64,000 nt of DNA from Candidatus Poribacteria bacterium (lineage in GTDB: Bacteria; Poribacteria; WGA-4E; WGA-3G), in the NCBI GenBank assembly GCA_965242965.1, contig OZ251518.1, positions 160,001-224,000 on the forward strand, written 5' to 3'. The notes beneath the pieces were generated by a model, which searched no databases, was not told where the DNA came from, and saw only the letters and a list, made by a program, of their open reading frames with translations. Made by a program: the position numbers and the translations under genes. Of this stretch, positions 39,941 through 50,405 are shown piece after piece. Numbering within the stretch: the first letter of the stretch is position 1; each line of letters opens with the position of its first letter.

Positions 39941-40556
39941 ATCGCTCAATGTCGCGGGGACATGTCCTGCGCTACGGTGAAAAAAACGCCTCCCTTTACG
40001 TAAGGCGAGGGCCTGTCCCTCGCCATGCAACTGATGAGAGATTGCTGCTGGCTTTAGGTCTGGAAGACCTTAATGTCTATAGCACCTCGCCCTGCGAAGA
40101 CTCTTAAGGTCTGTAGGACCTTAATATGCCTCTGCACCGCGTGGCTCGCATGTTATTAAGGTCCTAACGGACCTTGAAAAGGGGCCGACACGTGTTGCTA
40201 TAGACATGCAGGACCTAAAGGACCTGAAGAGCCGCGTTTTTCAAAAGCGATTTCGCCGACACGCGGGAGAAAATCCTGCAAATCCTAGCATCTTGTAAAT
40301 CCTGATTCAGACGATTGGCATGGCGAGGGACAGGCCCTCGCCCTACGTAAAGGGAGCCGTTCCGGATACCGTAGCGCGGGGGCCTGTCCCCCGCGATCGT
40401 TGCATGGCGAGAGACAGGCCCTCGCCCTACGATGAAGGGGGGGGATTTTTGCCGCCCTATTGCATCGAGACGCGGGAGGTCTCGCCTACCGAGGAAACGG
40501 AAACGTTCGGGGTATCACGAAACCATTTTGACAACAACGAGTTATGAAATACCCTC
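39931..40556. mobile_element. TIR-bounded element (copy F), decayed left end
   Basis: GGGGACATAAATCGCTCAA ... GTTATGAAATACCCTC; flanks AATTATAT / ACTTATAC (6/8). Confidence 0.7.
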
Positions 40557-40583
40557 ACTTATACGCAATAGGAATTACGCTAA

Positions 40584-42650
40584 ATGATGAACAGCGACAT
40601 CACCACATGGGCACTCCCCGAAGGCGCGCTCGCTCGGTTTGGACGCGGTGACGTGCTCGCTTTGGCTTTCTCGCCCAACAAAACACATCTCGCTGTCGGA
40701 AGCGGTGTCGGACTTTGGTTGTATGAACTGTCAACGCAGGAGCCTGTCGCGCTTTGGGATACGGAACGCGGCAATATTATCCAGGCCGCCTTTTCGCCTG
40801 ATGGGAAATGGATTGCCACTCGCAATGGGGACGATGTTGTCAAAGTGTGGGATATTCAGCGGGGTGAATGCGTAACCCGCCTAGAATTAGATGGCTCAGA
40901 TATTGTCTTTTCGCCGGATAGCCAAGGGCTCGCGCTCGCTTACTGGCATCGTTCGCGAGTCGAAATTTGGCATCCGGAAACCGGTGAATTGCGCGCAAAA
41001 TTCTCGGGAGAACCTGAGAAGAGCGGCTATGATTGCATCGCCTTTTCACCCGATGCTCGCCTCCTAGCGGCAGCGAGAAGGGTTGATAAGCGAGAAATTA
41101 AAGACAGCGATGCTGAACACATCGAACTTTGGGATATCGCAAGCGGGCAACAAATTGCACACCTCACCGGGCACACAAACGGCGTGTCGGGAATCGCCTT
41201 TTCTCCGTGCAGTCGCTTTCTTGCATCCGGTGGCCAGGAAGACGGAACAGTACGAGTGTGGGAAGTTGAAAGCGGACAGTTGCACCAGACATCCGCGAAT
41301 TACGGTTCCTGCTCAATACTACCCGACTATTCGCAGGAAGGCGCGCTCCGCGTTGTCGCGGACGCTACCGATGCCGGGCGCGTCAACCCGTGGGATGCTG
41401 CTACCATCACTGTCTGGGACGTAGACAGCGGCAAAAAATGCTATTCTTCAAGGTGCGCGCAAAACTGCATTATCACATTTTCAAACGGTTCGCATTTGGC
41501 CTACCAAGGTGGCCGCGAAGCCATTGAGGTGTGGTGCTTCGGAGAACCTGATGCACGCACAACTATTCCTTCGCACTTCCCGTTTCCGAATTCGGTGCTG
41601 TTTTCTGCCGATGGGGAGACTCTGGCGGCTGAACATCGCTCAGATGGCAGACTCTACACGCACGGCAACGTTCTCTTGTGGGATATCGCCACGCGGCAGG
41701 CACGAAAGGCGGTTGAAGCGGAATGGGCATCTCAGTACGCCCACGCGACGTTTGATGGAAAACGCTACGTTTCAAGCTTGGACAGAAACAGCGTTGAACT
41801 CTGGGAAATCGGCGATGGCGAATCGCGGCACGTGATGACAGCAAGCGGACACGACAACAATTGGGTGCGCGCGGCACTCTCCCCTACCGGGGCACTGCTG
41901 GCATGCGCCGATGAAGAAGGCGGCCTGACTATCTGGAATGTTCACAGTCAGGATATCCGATGCACGTTCGCACATCCCCTGATTGACGAGCATGAGATTT
42001 GGACGCTAGCGTTTAGTCCAGATGGAAGACTCCTTTTGAGTGAAGCCGATATTTGGCCAAGTGCCCGGCTGTGGGATGTGGAACAAGGCAAAGCGATAAA
42101 TGCGTTCCCTGGCAACCAAATCGACAGTAAAGGTGGATTCTCACCGTGCAGCCGATATCTGGTTGGCGGTAGCAGGAGTGGACGAGAAATCATGGTGTGG
42201 GACATCAACCGTCGTGATGTCCTAGCACAAATACCGTTTTTGAACGCGGCTAAGTTTGCATACTCGCCGAGCGGCCGGTACGTCGCCTGCGGTGGTGATG
42301 TAGGCGAATCCGATGTCCTATTGTGGGATATTGAACGTCGCGAAACCTACATGCGGCTGCCGCTGCCCCATGAAGACGATTGGATACACGCGCTGGCGTT
42401 CTCGCGCTGCGGGAAATATCTCGCCTGCGGCAGCGGGTGGAATAGGGAAACGAAGCAGGTGCCGTTGCAGTTATGGGAAGTTGCAACCGGTAAAAATCTC
42501 GCCACTTTCTATGGGCATACTACTGATATTCAGGGGCTCGCCTTTTCACCCGATAGCACGCTTCTCGCAAGTGCCAGTTTTGATGGCACTATTTTACTGT
42601 GGGGGTTTCATAAATTGCTCAGCGCGCCGGGTCTCCATATCTCCCGGTAG
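40584..42650 (+). CDS. WD40-repeat protein 3
   Basis: LPEGALARFG; GHT..V..IAFSP repeats; C-terminus after ILLW is encoded by element H. Confidence 0.9.
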   Translation: MMNSDITTWALPEGALARFGRGDVLALAFSPNKTHLAVGSGVGLWLYELSTQEPVALWDTERGNIIQAAFSPDGKWIATRNGDDVVKVWDIQRGECVTRLELDGSDIVFSPDSQGLALAYWHRSRVEIWHPETGELRAKFSGEPEKSGYDCIAFSPDARLLAAARRVDKREIKDSDAEHIELWDIASGQQIAHLTGHTNGVSGIAFSPCSRFLASGGQEDGTVRVWEVESGQLHQTSANYGSCSILPDYSQEGALRVVADATDAGRVNPWDAATITVWDVDSGKKCYSSRCAQNCIITFSNGSHLAYQGGREAIEVWCFGEPDARTTIPSHFPFPNSVLFSADGETLAAEHRSDGRLYTHGNVLLWDIATRQARKAVEAEWASQYAHATFDGKRYVSSLDRNSVELWEIGDGESRHVMTASGHDNNWVRAALSPTGALLACADEEGGLTIWNVHSQDIRCTFAHPLIDEHEIWTLAFSPDGRLLLSEADIWPSARLWDVEQGKAINAFPGNQIDSKGGFSPCSRYLVGGSRSGREIMVWDINRRDVLAQIPFLNAAKFAYSPSGRYVACGGDVGESDVLLWDIERRETYMRLPLPHEDDWIHALAFSRCGKYLACGSGWNRETKQVPLQLWEVATGKNLATFYGHTTDIQGLAFSPDSTLLASASFDGTILLWGFHKLLSAPGLHISR

Positions 42651-43380
42651 GCGAGACCTCCTGGTCTCGATGCAACACTATAACCCTTATTAAGGTCCTA
42701 CGGACCTTGATAGGGTGAAGCACATTTTTCTATAGACATTAAGGTCCTACGGACCTAAAAGAGCCTGTCCCCCGCGAGTTTCCGGTAGACCGCAGCATGG
42801 CGAGGGACAGGCCCACGCACTACGGTGAGGGGGCGTTCTGCTGCCAAGAAACCCTCCCAATGTGAACCGCGCGGTGACGTTGACTTCGTCGCCCAACGGC
42901 ATTCTGCTGCCAAGAAACCCTCCCAATACCGTAGCGCGGGGGCCTGTCCCCCGCGTTGCCCATCGTTAAGAGGGGGCATCTTAGGTCCTTTAGGACCTAT
43001 ATGTCTATAGCAGCACGTGTCGGCCCGTTTTCAAGGGCCTTTAGGTCCTTAATAAAACACGCGCGGCCCTGGCAAAACCTATTAAGGACCTAAAGGACCT
43101 TAGCGTTCTTCGCGGGCGCGCAGGCTATAGACATTAAGGTCCTACGGACCTGAAGAGAACCAGAGACGTTTTTTGCGTAGCGCGAATGATGGCGAGGGAC
43201 AGGCCCTCGCCCTACGGAGGGGGACGTTTTTCGCCCAAGAACCCCTCTCGTTACGGGATCGCGGGGACCTGTCCCCCGCGATAGGATAAAAAAAAGGGAA
43301 GTGTCGGTAGGCGCGCCCTCAATACCTCCCGGTCTCGATGCAATAGGGCGGCGCGCCCCCCGGGTCTCAATGCAATACCG
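42601..43380. mobile_element. Element with left TIR (copy H) and long REP mosaic
   Basis: GGGGGTTTCATAAATTGCTC; many TAAGGTCCTACGGACCT and GTAG-REP modules; no right TIR seen. Confidence 0.65.
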
Positions 43381-43423
43381 TCACTAGAAACGCGCACGCC
43401 TGACAGATAAGGAGAAATTCAAC

Positions 43424-44164
43424 ATGAAGCAAGTCGTTTTTATCGGCATCCTTCTCGTGGTTTTCTGCACGATTTGGGTGTTGTTCTTAGAGCATGAGAA
43501 AAGACGCTTTGAGAGAAGCCTCCCGCAGGTCCCACAGACTCTCGCGCCACAATTGGAGAAGGATACCAATGCCTCTCCTACGGCGCGAGACGATGTATGG
43601 GAACCCTCGGCAGGAACGTTCACAAGCGAAGATACCGCCGCCGAGACTGCCGGTGCAGACTCAGCAAGAAGCCAAGAAGCGGCGGAAATCGAAACACCGT
43701 TCTTAGCGGAGCCGCGTGCCCTGCTGTTGGAACCCCCACCTGAGGATACCACAGCAGTCCCGCTAGGATATCCCCAACAGCCGCCGGATATGTCATTAGC
43801 CGAGTGGTTAGGGCGGCTCTCCCCTCAAGAACTAGAAGCCGTTTATATAGATAAGCCGTGGCTCAAGCCGACTTCTGAGATGACACCGCAGGAACTGGAG
43901 GCAGAGGTGGCGCGTCAGAAGCAAAAACTCCTTGATGACTATGGCACTACGCCGGAAGTAGCGATTATCAACAAATACACCACGGTTGCAATGCTAAGAG
44001 GCGAACCTGTGACATTTGAGGGTAATGAGGCGATAGAGTATATCAGAGCCATGAGTGTGCTCTGGCCCACAGCAGAGAATGTGGAGGTTTACCGAGAAAT
44101 CGAGGAAATCATTCAAAACGGGGGGCATGCCACCAGCAGTCAGGAATGGAATTTCCTGGAATAA
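43424..44164 (+). CDS. Hypothetical protein with N-terminal membrane anchor
   Basis: RBS AAGGAG; hydrophobic N-terminus; acidic/Pro-rich linker. Confidence 0.7.
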   Translation: MKQVVFIGILLVVFCTIWVLFLEHEKRRFERSLPQVPQTLAPQLEKDTNASPTARDDVWEPSAGTFTSEDTAAETAGADSARSQEAAEIETPFLAEPRALLLEPPPEDTTAVPLGYPQQPPDMSLAEWLGRLSPQELEAVYIDKPWLKPTSEMTPQELEAEVARQKQKLLDDYGTTPEVAIINKYTTVAMLRGEPVTFEGNEAIEYIRAMSVLWPTAENVEVYREIEEIIQNGGHATSSQEWNFLE

Positions 44165-44200
44165 AGTCTCCGAAACCTATCTTGTTTCTTGGGAAGAAAA

Positions 44201-44237
44201 CTGCAGCCTCAAACGCGCGAGGCTGCGGTTTTTTTTT
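44201..44237 (+). terminator. Intrinsic terminator
   Basis: CTGCAGCCTC/GAGGCTGCGG stem followed by a run of T. Confidence 0.8.
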
Positions 44238-44389
44238 CAAATTAAACTATCGTTCGGCACAGTTCCAGTTCAACCCGCATATTTTCTTGACCTATTCTCA
44301 GCGATGTGATATGTTATGCATAGCGTAGTGGATATGTCCGAAACAATCCGCTCGTTCATCGAACACAATCCGACAGGAGGTAACAAGCG

Positions 44390-45663
44390 ATGACACAGCA
44401 ACGAGAAGGAATTCGCAAGGCACCCTCCCACGTTTTTATCGTGGAGGATGAAGCCGTAGCCGACGAGGTGCGCAACATCCTCGATTTGCACGGTTACGAA
44501 GTATCACCGGCAGCATCGGAACCCGCAGACAGCAATGCGTTTCAGCAGATTTCGACGGCTGTCCCAGAGGCGACGGTTGTATCGGTTCAAGCAGCAGCGC
44601 AGCCGGACGACAGTGCTTTGTCAACATCGCGTCCCAACGCGCCTCGTTCCCGCGCCGATTTGAAGGGGACTTACTCAGACATTGTCGGCGAAAGCCGGCA
44701 GGTTTTAGAGATGCTCCAGGACATTGAGCGGTTCGCACCGCTCCCTTGCCCAGTGCTTATTCTCGGTGAGACCGGGGTAGGCAAGGAACTGGTGGCACAA
44801 GGGTTGCACAACCATAGCAAACGGCGGAAGGAGAAGTTGGTTGTTGTGAATTGTGGTGCCATTGATGCGAACCTGATGACTGGTGCCCTTTTCGGACATG
44901 AGGAGGGTTCGTTTACCGGCGCACATGAGCAGAAATCGGCTATTTTGAACAGGCTGACGGCGGCACCCTTTTCCTTGATGAAATCGGGGAAGTGCCGCCT
45001 GATGCGCAGTCAAATTTCCTCCGCGTCCTTGAGACAGGCAAATTCCATAGGATTGGTGGGACAGAAGAGGTCTCGGTGAATGTCCGACTCATCGCCGCTA
45101 CCAATCGCGATTTGCCAACGGACATTCAAGAGAAGTGGTTTCGCGAAGATCTTTATGAACGCCTCAAAACGCTGTCTATCTCTGTGCCGCCTTTGCGAGA
45201 GCGGCCAGGGGATATCCCGGCGTTGGTGCAACACTTTTTGCAGAAAGAGAGTCAAGCCCACAACCTACCTTTCGGTGGGCTCAGTGCAGCTGCACTCGCG
45301 TTGCTCAAGGCATACGCGTGGCCACGGAACATCCGGCAGTTGAAAAACGCGCTGGTAGCCGCTATTGTCAACGCGGAAGGCGACATCATTTTACCGGGGC
45401 ATCTCCCTCCAGAACTCTGGGGTGAGCCAGATTCGGAGGAAGAAGTGATTGAAGAAACTCCGACAGCAGACGCGGCTCATGTCGTGAACTTCCCGCTGGA
45501 TACAAAGTTGGGGATAGCGTTGGATGCGCTTGAGAAGGCGTGCATTCTCGATGCTCTTGCGCGGTGTGGTGACAATCGGACTCATGCCGCGGCGGCTTTG
45601 GGGATGGAGTTGCGGACTTTTAATCGCAGGTTAACCCGCTATCATCTCTTGCGGCGGCACTAA
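44390..45663 (+). pseudogene. Sigma54-dependent activator (NtrC/Fis type), split by a 1-bp frameshift near 44933
   Basis: GETGVGKE, GSFTGA then a shift to IGYFEQADGGTLFLDEIGE...WPRNIRQL...HTH; CAGAAATCGGC needs one more A. Confidence 0.75.
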
Positions 45664-45694
45664 GCATCGAAGAGCCTGCCGGGTCTTGATGTCT

Positions 45695-46040
45695 TCCCGG
45701 GTAGGAGAGACCTCCCGGTCTCGATGCAACACTATAACCCTTATTAAGGTCCTACGGACCTTGATCGGGTGCAGCACATTTTTCTATAGACATTCAGGTC
45801 CTACGGACCTAAAAGAGCCTGTCCCCCGCGATTGTCCGGTGGACCGCAGCATGGCGAGGGACAGGCCCTCGCCCTACGGCGAGGGGGGCGTTCTGCGAAG
45901 AAAATGTCCCGTTACCGTAGCGCGGGGGCCTGTCCCCCGCGATCGTTCGGTGGACCGCAGCACGGCGGGGGATAGGCCCTCGCCCTACGGTGAAGGAGTG
46001 CCGTTTTTTTTGCGTGCGCGGAGGTCTGTCCCTCGCGAAT
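45695..46040. repeat. REP mosaic without TIRs
   Basis: 45701-45870 closely matches about 42647-42815. Confidence 0.8.
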
Positions 46041-46147
46041 TTTCACGGAAAACGAATCCCTATCAAAAAAAATAATAAAAAAACGTGACTTTTTTGCAAT
46101 GTTAGTATATACTATTTTAAAACACGACGAAATAGAGGCAAAACGCA

Positions 46148-46954
46148 ATGCTCGCGCAAAATGAACTGCTGGAAATTGAGCAAATCAACACCGAACTTGA
46201 ATCCTATCTCACCCGCATCGGCAAGATAACCTATCGGTTTCCAGCGCATGACTCCGGATGCCAATCGTTCGGCGTAACAGTAGCAGGACAACCGTGGTTC
46301 GTCAAATACAGCGAAGTTCCGCAAGCAATCACGTGGCTCAAGCAGGCGGTCCGTTTCCACGCGGCGATACAGCACGCGGCACTCCCTCGGTTGCACAACG
46401 CCTTCGCCACGCCGGAAGGATTCACCCTCGTCTACGACTGGGTAGATGGCGAAACGCTTCGGCCCGAACGGGAATTGAAAGCCGATGAGATGCATCCCCG
46501 CGACCGGTTTTGCGCGCTGCCCGCCGATGAAATCGTCGCGGCGATTAATGTCATCTATGACGTGCATCTCGTCGTGGAAGAAAAGGGCTTCATCGCCGAA
46601 GACTTTTACGATGGCTGCATCATCTACAATTTTGAGGAGAAGCGCATCCACTTATTCGACTTCGACCATTATCATCCGCAGCCGTTCATCAACGAACGCG
46701 GAAGATTATACGGTTCAACCCGCTTCATGGCACCCGAAGAATTCCAGAAGGGTGAGCGCATCGATGAAACAACGAACGTTTTTATGCTCGGACGAACGGC
46801 GTTCGTGCTGCTTGCAAACAGCAGCGATGCACGGCAAGACTGGAAAGGCACCGAGGCGATGTGGCAGGTAGCCAAGAAAGCGACGAACCTTGACAGGAAG
46901 TTGCGGTATCCATCGGTGAAGGATTTCGTCACTGCATGGCACGCCGCCTATTAA
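46148..46954 (+). CDS. Ser/Thr protein kinase-like protein
   Basis: WFVK, LVYDWVDG, AEDFYDGCII, HLFDFD, RFMAPEE, TNVFMLG. Confidence 0.8.
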   Translation: MLAQNELLEIEQINTELESYLTRIGKITYRFPAHDSGCQSFGVTVAGQPWFVKYSEVPQAITWLKQAVRFHAAIQHAALPRLHNAFATPEGFTLVYDWVDGETLRPERELKADEMHPRDRFCALPADEIVAAINVIYDVHLVVEEKGFIAEDFYDGCIIYNFEEKRIHLFDFDHYHPQPFINERGRLYGSTRFMAPEEFQKGERIDETTNVFMLGRTAFVLLANSSDARQDWKGTEAMWQVAKKATNLDRKLRYPSVKDFVTAWHAAY

Positions 46955-46989
46955 GGAAATGACTCTTTATCGATAAAGTTCCGTTATAT

Positions 46990-47726
46990 GGGGGTGTTTC
47001 GTAACTCGTTGTTGTCAAAATGGTTTCGTGAGATTCCGAACGATGCCGTTTCCTCGATAGGAGAGACCTCCTGGTCTCGATGCAACAACACTATAACCCT
47101 TATTAAGGTCCGTAGGACCTTGCTAGGGTGCGGCACGTTTTTCTATAAACATTCAGGTCCTACGGACCTAAAAGAGGTTTTTGATAGCCCGCAGCACGGC
47201 GAGGGACAGGCCCTCGCCCTACGGTAAGGGGGCGGCGTTTTTTTATCGTAGCGCGGGGGCCTGTCCCCCGCGATCGTTGGAGTGCGCGGGCACGCAAAGG
47301 TCCTACTAAAAGAGGTTTTTGATAGCCCGCAGCACGGCGAGGGACAGGCCCTCGCCCTACGGTAAGGGGGTGGCGTTTTTTTTACCGTAGCGCGGGGGCC
47401 TGTCCCCCGCGATCGTTGGAGTGCGCGGGCACGCAAAGGTCCTACGGACTAAAAGAGGTTTTTGATAGATCGCAGCATGGCGAGGGACAGGCCCTCGCCC
47501 TACGATGAAGGGGGCCGTGCTGCCAAGAACACCTCACGTTACCGTAGCGCGGGGGCCTGTCCCCCGCGATCGTTGGAGTGCGCGGGCACGCACGATGGCG
47601 AGGGAAACCCTCTCGGATGCGCGGATGGCATCCGAGGGCCCAAGCCCTACGTGAAAGGGAAGGCGTTTTTTTCACCGCATCGCGGGGCCTATCACCGCGA
47701 CGTTGAGCGATTTATGAAACACCCTC
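46990..47726. mobile_element. TIR-bounded element (copy G) with about three ~140-bp tandem units
   Basis: GGGGGTGTTTCGTAA ... TTTATGAAACACCCTC; flanks CCGTTATAT / ACGTTATAT (8/9). Confidence 0.8.
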
Positions 47727-47755
47727 ACGTTATATAGGAGGAAAGCAACATCACA

Positions 47756-48613
47756 ATGCGAAAAATTACAGATAACGAAATTCAGTTTTTCAACGACAAC
47801 GGGTATCTCATCCTGAAACAGGTTATCCAGCCCGATGAACTTGCCGTTATCCAGAGCGAGAGTCAACGGCTAATCGACGAAATTTTATCGGGAGGGCCTT
47901 CGGATGCATGGTGCAACCGCGGTCCCGAAGGCATCCCCTACTATCTCACGTACCTGCACTCGCACTCGAACGAATTTTCGTTGCGGTTGCTAGCGCATCC
48001 GTTCATCGGCGATCTGCTGCATCGCATCATCGGACCGGATTTCATTCCGTGTTACGAATCGCTTGTTTTCAAGCTGCCGAAGCACGGCTCTTCTGTTCGG
48101 TGGCATCGCGATGGCAACGCGATTCGCGAGAATCATCCCATCTTCAACATCGATATCTACGTCGACGATTCCACCGTGGATAACGGATGCGTTTGGGTGA
48201 TTCCCGGCAGCCATCTCTGGGGCATCGAGGAAGCACAGGAGGTCATTGACAGAGGCGATGCGAACTTCAAGCGCGCCGATGCAGTGCCTGCCGAGGTTAA
48301 ACCCGGTGATATCCTCCTCCACCACACGAAAGTCTTGCACGGTAGCAAGATTAACACGAGCGAGACGCTACGCCGTGTCATCTACTTTGACCAGCGGACA
48401 CCGCGCTGGAACGAGACATATCAGTGGTGGAAACCCGAATTTTTGACACAGCGGTGCAAACTTTATCAACGCGCGCTCCACGAACGCCGCATCCGTCCAT
48501 ACCCATCGGATACCGAGCAGTTTGATTACAAAGTGCCGCCGGATATGCCGGTTTGGGAGGCGGATGACAACTTCGATCTGCGCATTCAGCACCGTGCCTA
48601 CGCGGCGCAATAG
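47756..48613 (+). CDS. Phytanoyl-CoA dioxygenase (PhyH) family protein
   Basis: WHRD, NGCVWVIPGSH, GDILLHH..VLHGS..N. Confidence 0.9.
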   Translation: MRKITDNEIQFFNDNGYLILKQVIQPDELAVIQSESQRLIDEILSGGPSDAWCNRGPEGIPYYLTYLHSHSNEFSLRLLAHPFIGDLLHRIIGPDFIPCYESLVFKLPKHGSSVRWHRDGNAIRENHPIFNIDIYVDDSTVDNGCVWVIPGSHLWGIEEAQEVIDRGDANFKRADAVPAEVKPGDILLHHTKVLHGSKINTSETLRRVIYFDQRTPRWNETYQWWKPEFLTQRCKLYQRALHERRIRPYPSDTEQFDYKVPPDMPVWEADDNFDLRIQHRAYAAQ

Positions 48614-48653
48614 CCGCCACCACACAGCAAACAGTGAAGACAGGAGGACAACC

Positions 48654-49418
48654 ATGAAGGTTCTACTCGTCGGAGGTTCAGGACACGTTGGAACAATGAC
48701 GCTGCCCTACATGAAGCAGCACCACGAATTCCGCGTGCTGGACATGTCACCGCCGAAAGATACGTCTGTGGAATACATCCAAGGCTCAGTCACCGACCCG
48801 GGGATTGTCCAAGAAGCGATGAAGGGCATGGACACGTTCGTCTACATGGTGATGCAACGTCCGACAAGCGACCGGTCATCCGTCGCGAATTTTGACGACA
48901 TCGTCGCAAATTACGATGTCAACGCCAAGGGACTTCATCTCGTTCTACACGCGGCGAAAGCGGCGGGCATTCGGCACGCTGTCTACACAAGCACCTTCAC
49001 AGTCCACGAACGGACGCGTAACAATTTTCCTTATGAAGATGTCGTGCCGCGGGATAATCCGGGTGTCTACGGCTTAACGAAAAGTTTTGGCGAGCAGGTC
49101 TGCGAATACTTTGCGCGAGAGCACGATATGTCGCTTATCGCCTTACGCATTACGGGCCCTTCCACGCGCGAGCAATGGTTGGAACGCCGCCCGCAAATCC
49201 TCGCGCGCTTGCAAGGCACCTCTACCGAAGAATCTGTCCATATTTGGTGGACAGATGAGGAAGACCTGGCGCGTGCATACCTCGCCGCCATTTCGGTTGA
49301 ACACCGCGGATTTGATGCTGTCTTCATCGCCGGTGATTACGAACAGCGGGAGATTAATCTCTCCAAAGCGAAACGATTGCTTGGCTGGGAGCCGCTGACG
49401 CATAAACAGATGGAGTAA
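48654..49418 (+). CDS. NAD-dependent epimerase/dehydratase
   Basis: LLVGGSGHVG, YGLTK; RBS AGGAGG. Confidence 0.88.
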   Translation: MKVLLVGGSGHVGTMTLPYMKQHHEFRVLDMSPPKDTSVEYIQGSVTDPGIVQEAMKGMDTFVYMVMQRPTSDRSSVANFDDIVANYDVNAKGLHLVLHAAKAAGIRHAVYTSTFTVHERTRNNFPYEDVVPRDNPGVYGLTKSFGEQVCEYFAREHDMSLIALRITGPSTREQWLERRPQILARLQGTSTEESVHIWWTDEEDLARAYLAAISVEHRGFDAVFIAGDYEQREINLSKAKRLLGWEPLTHKQME

Positions 49419-49517
49419 ATTGATTTCTAGCATGTTCTCCCGCTACCGGGAACCGGTGTAAAAAACTTGCTTTTAATTTACAATTAATGGTATTTTAAAA
49501 ATAGAAGGAATTTGCCT

Positions 49518-50300
49518 ATGACACATCCAGAATTAACACTCGTCGAAAACCGCCCATTCCAGACTCGCCGCCAAGACACGTGGTGGGTGCAACCCTTGGC
49601 TGTCTTCATTGGGTTGGGGGCTTTCATCGTTTACGCGACCTTCCGCGTTTTGGAAGGCGACAATTATCTCGTAGGGCCTTACCTATCGCCGTTTTATTCG
49701 CCGCTCCTTTTTAGTCCTGACGGTTCCCACAGTTGGTTCGGGACGATGCCGGCGTGGCTGCCCGCGTGGATTTCGCCAGCGGCACTGATTCTCTGGGCAC
49801 CTGCGGGGTTTCGGTTTACGTGCTACTATTACCGTGGCGCATACTACAAGGCGTTTTGGGCAGACCCGCCATCTTGCACCGTATCAGAACCGCGTAAAGG
49901 CTATCGGGGAGAGCAATCGTTTCCTCTGGTTATTCAGAACGTTCATCGATACTTCCTTTACCTCGCGCTCATTTTCATCGTTATCCTCGCATACGATGTG
50001 TGGAAAGCGATGTGGTTTGAAGGGAAATTCGGTATCGGGATAGGCACGCTTGTTTTAGCAGGCAACGTTATCTTTTTAGGAGGCTATACGTTCGGCTGCC
50101 ACTCTTTACGGCATCTCGTCGGCGGCGGCATCGATTTGCTTTCTAAGGCACCGGTGCGTCGAAACATGTATAACTGCGTCAGCTGCCTTAACCGCAGGCA
50201 CATGCTGTGGGCTTGGATGAGCCTCTCGTGGGTGGCACTGTCCGATATTTACGTTCGCGTTTTAGCGAAGACCGGCTGGCAGGATTGGATTACGTTTTAA
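49518..50300 (+). CDS. Succinate dehydrogenase membrane subunit (actinobacterial Sdh1-type)
   Basis: Multiple TMs; FRFTCYYYRGAYYKAFWADPPSC, NVHRYF, GCHSLRH; upstream of sdhAB. Confidence 0.8.
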   Translation: MTHPELTLVENRPFQTRRQDTWWVQPLAVFIGLGAFIVYATFRVLEGDNYLVGPYLSPFYSPLLFSPDGSHSWFGTMPAWLPAWISPAALILWAPAGFRFTCYYYRGAYYKAFWADPPSCTVSEPRKGYRGEQSFPLVIQNVHRYFLYLALIFIVILAYDVWKAMWFEGKFGIGIGTLVLAGNVIFLGGYTFGCHSLRHLVGGGIDLLSKAPVRRNMYNCVSCLNRRHMLWAWMSLSWVALSDIYVRVLAKTGWQDWITF

Positions 50301-50327
50301 CATTAAATCCAGAATTCTTCTATCACC

Positions 50328-50357
50328 TTGACACGAAACTGCAATTTGTGGTAAACT
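50328..50357 (+). promoter_or_regulatory. Probable promoter of the inserted ART-like gene pair
   Basis: TTGACA-N18-TAAACT with TG extension. Confidence 0.55.
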
Positions 50358-50405
50358 GATAGTGCATGGTTCAGGATTCCACGTCATAAAAAAGGAAAAT
50401 CGATT

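Noticed and set aside
33769-40556. A 6.8-kb cargo element pairing left TIR E with right TIR F
   Set aside because: The flanks (GGTAAAAT vs ACTTATAC) do not match, and F has its own decayed left end with a better TSD.
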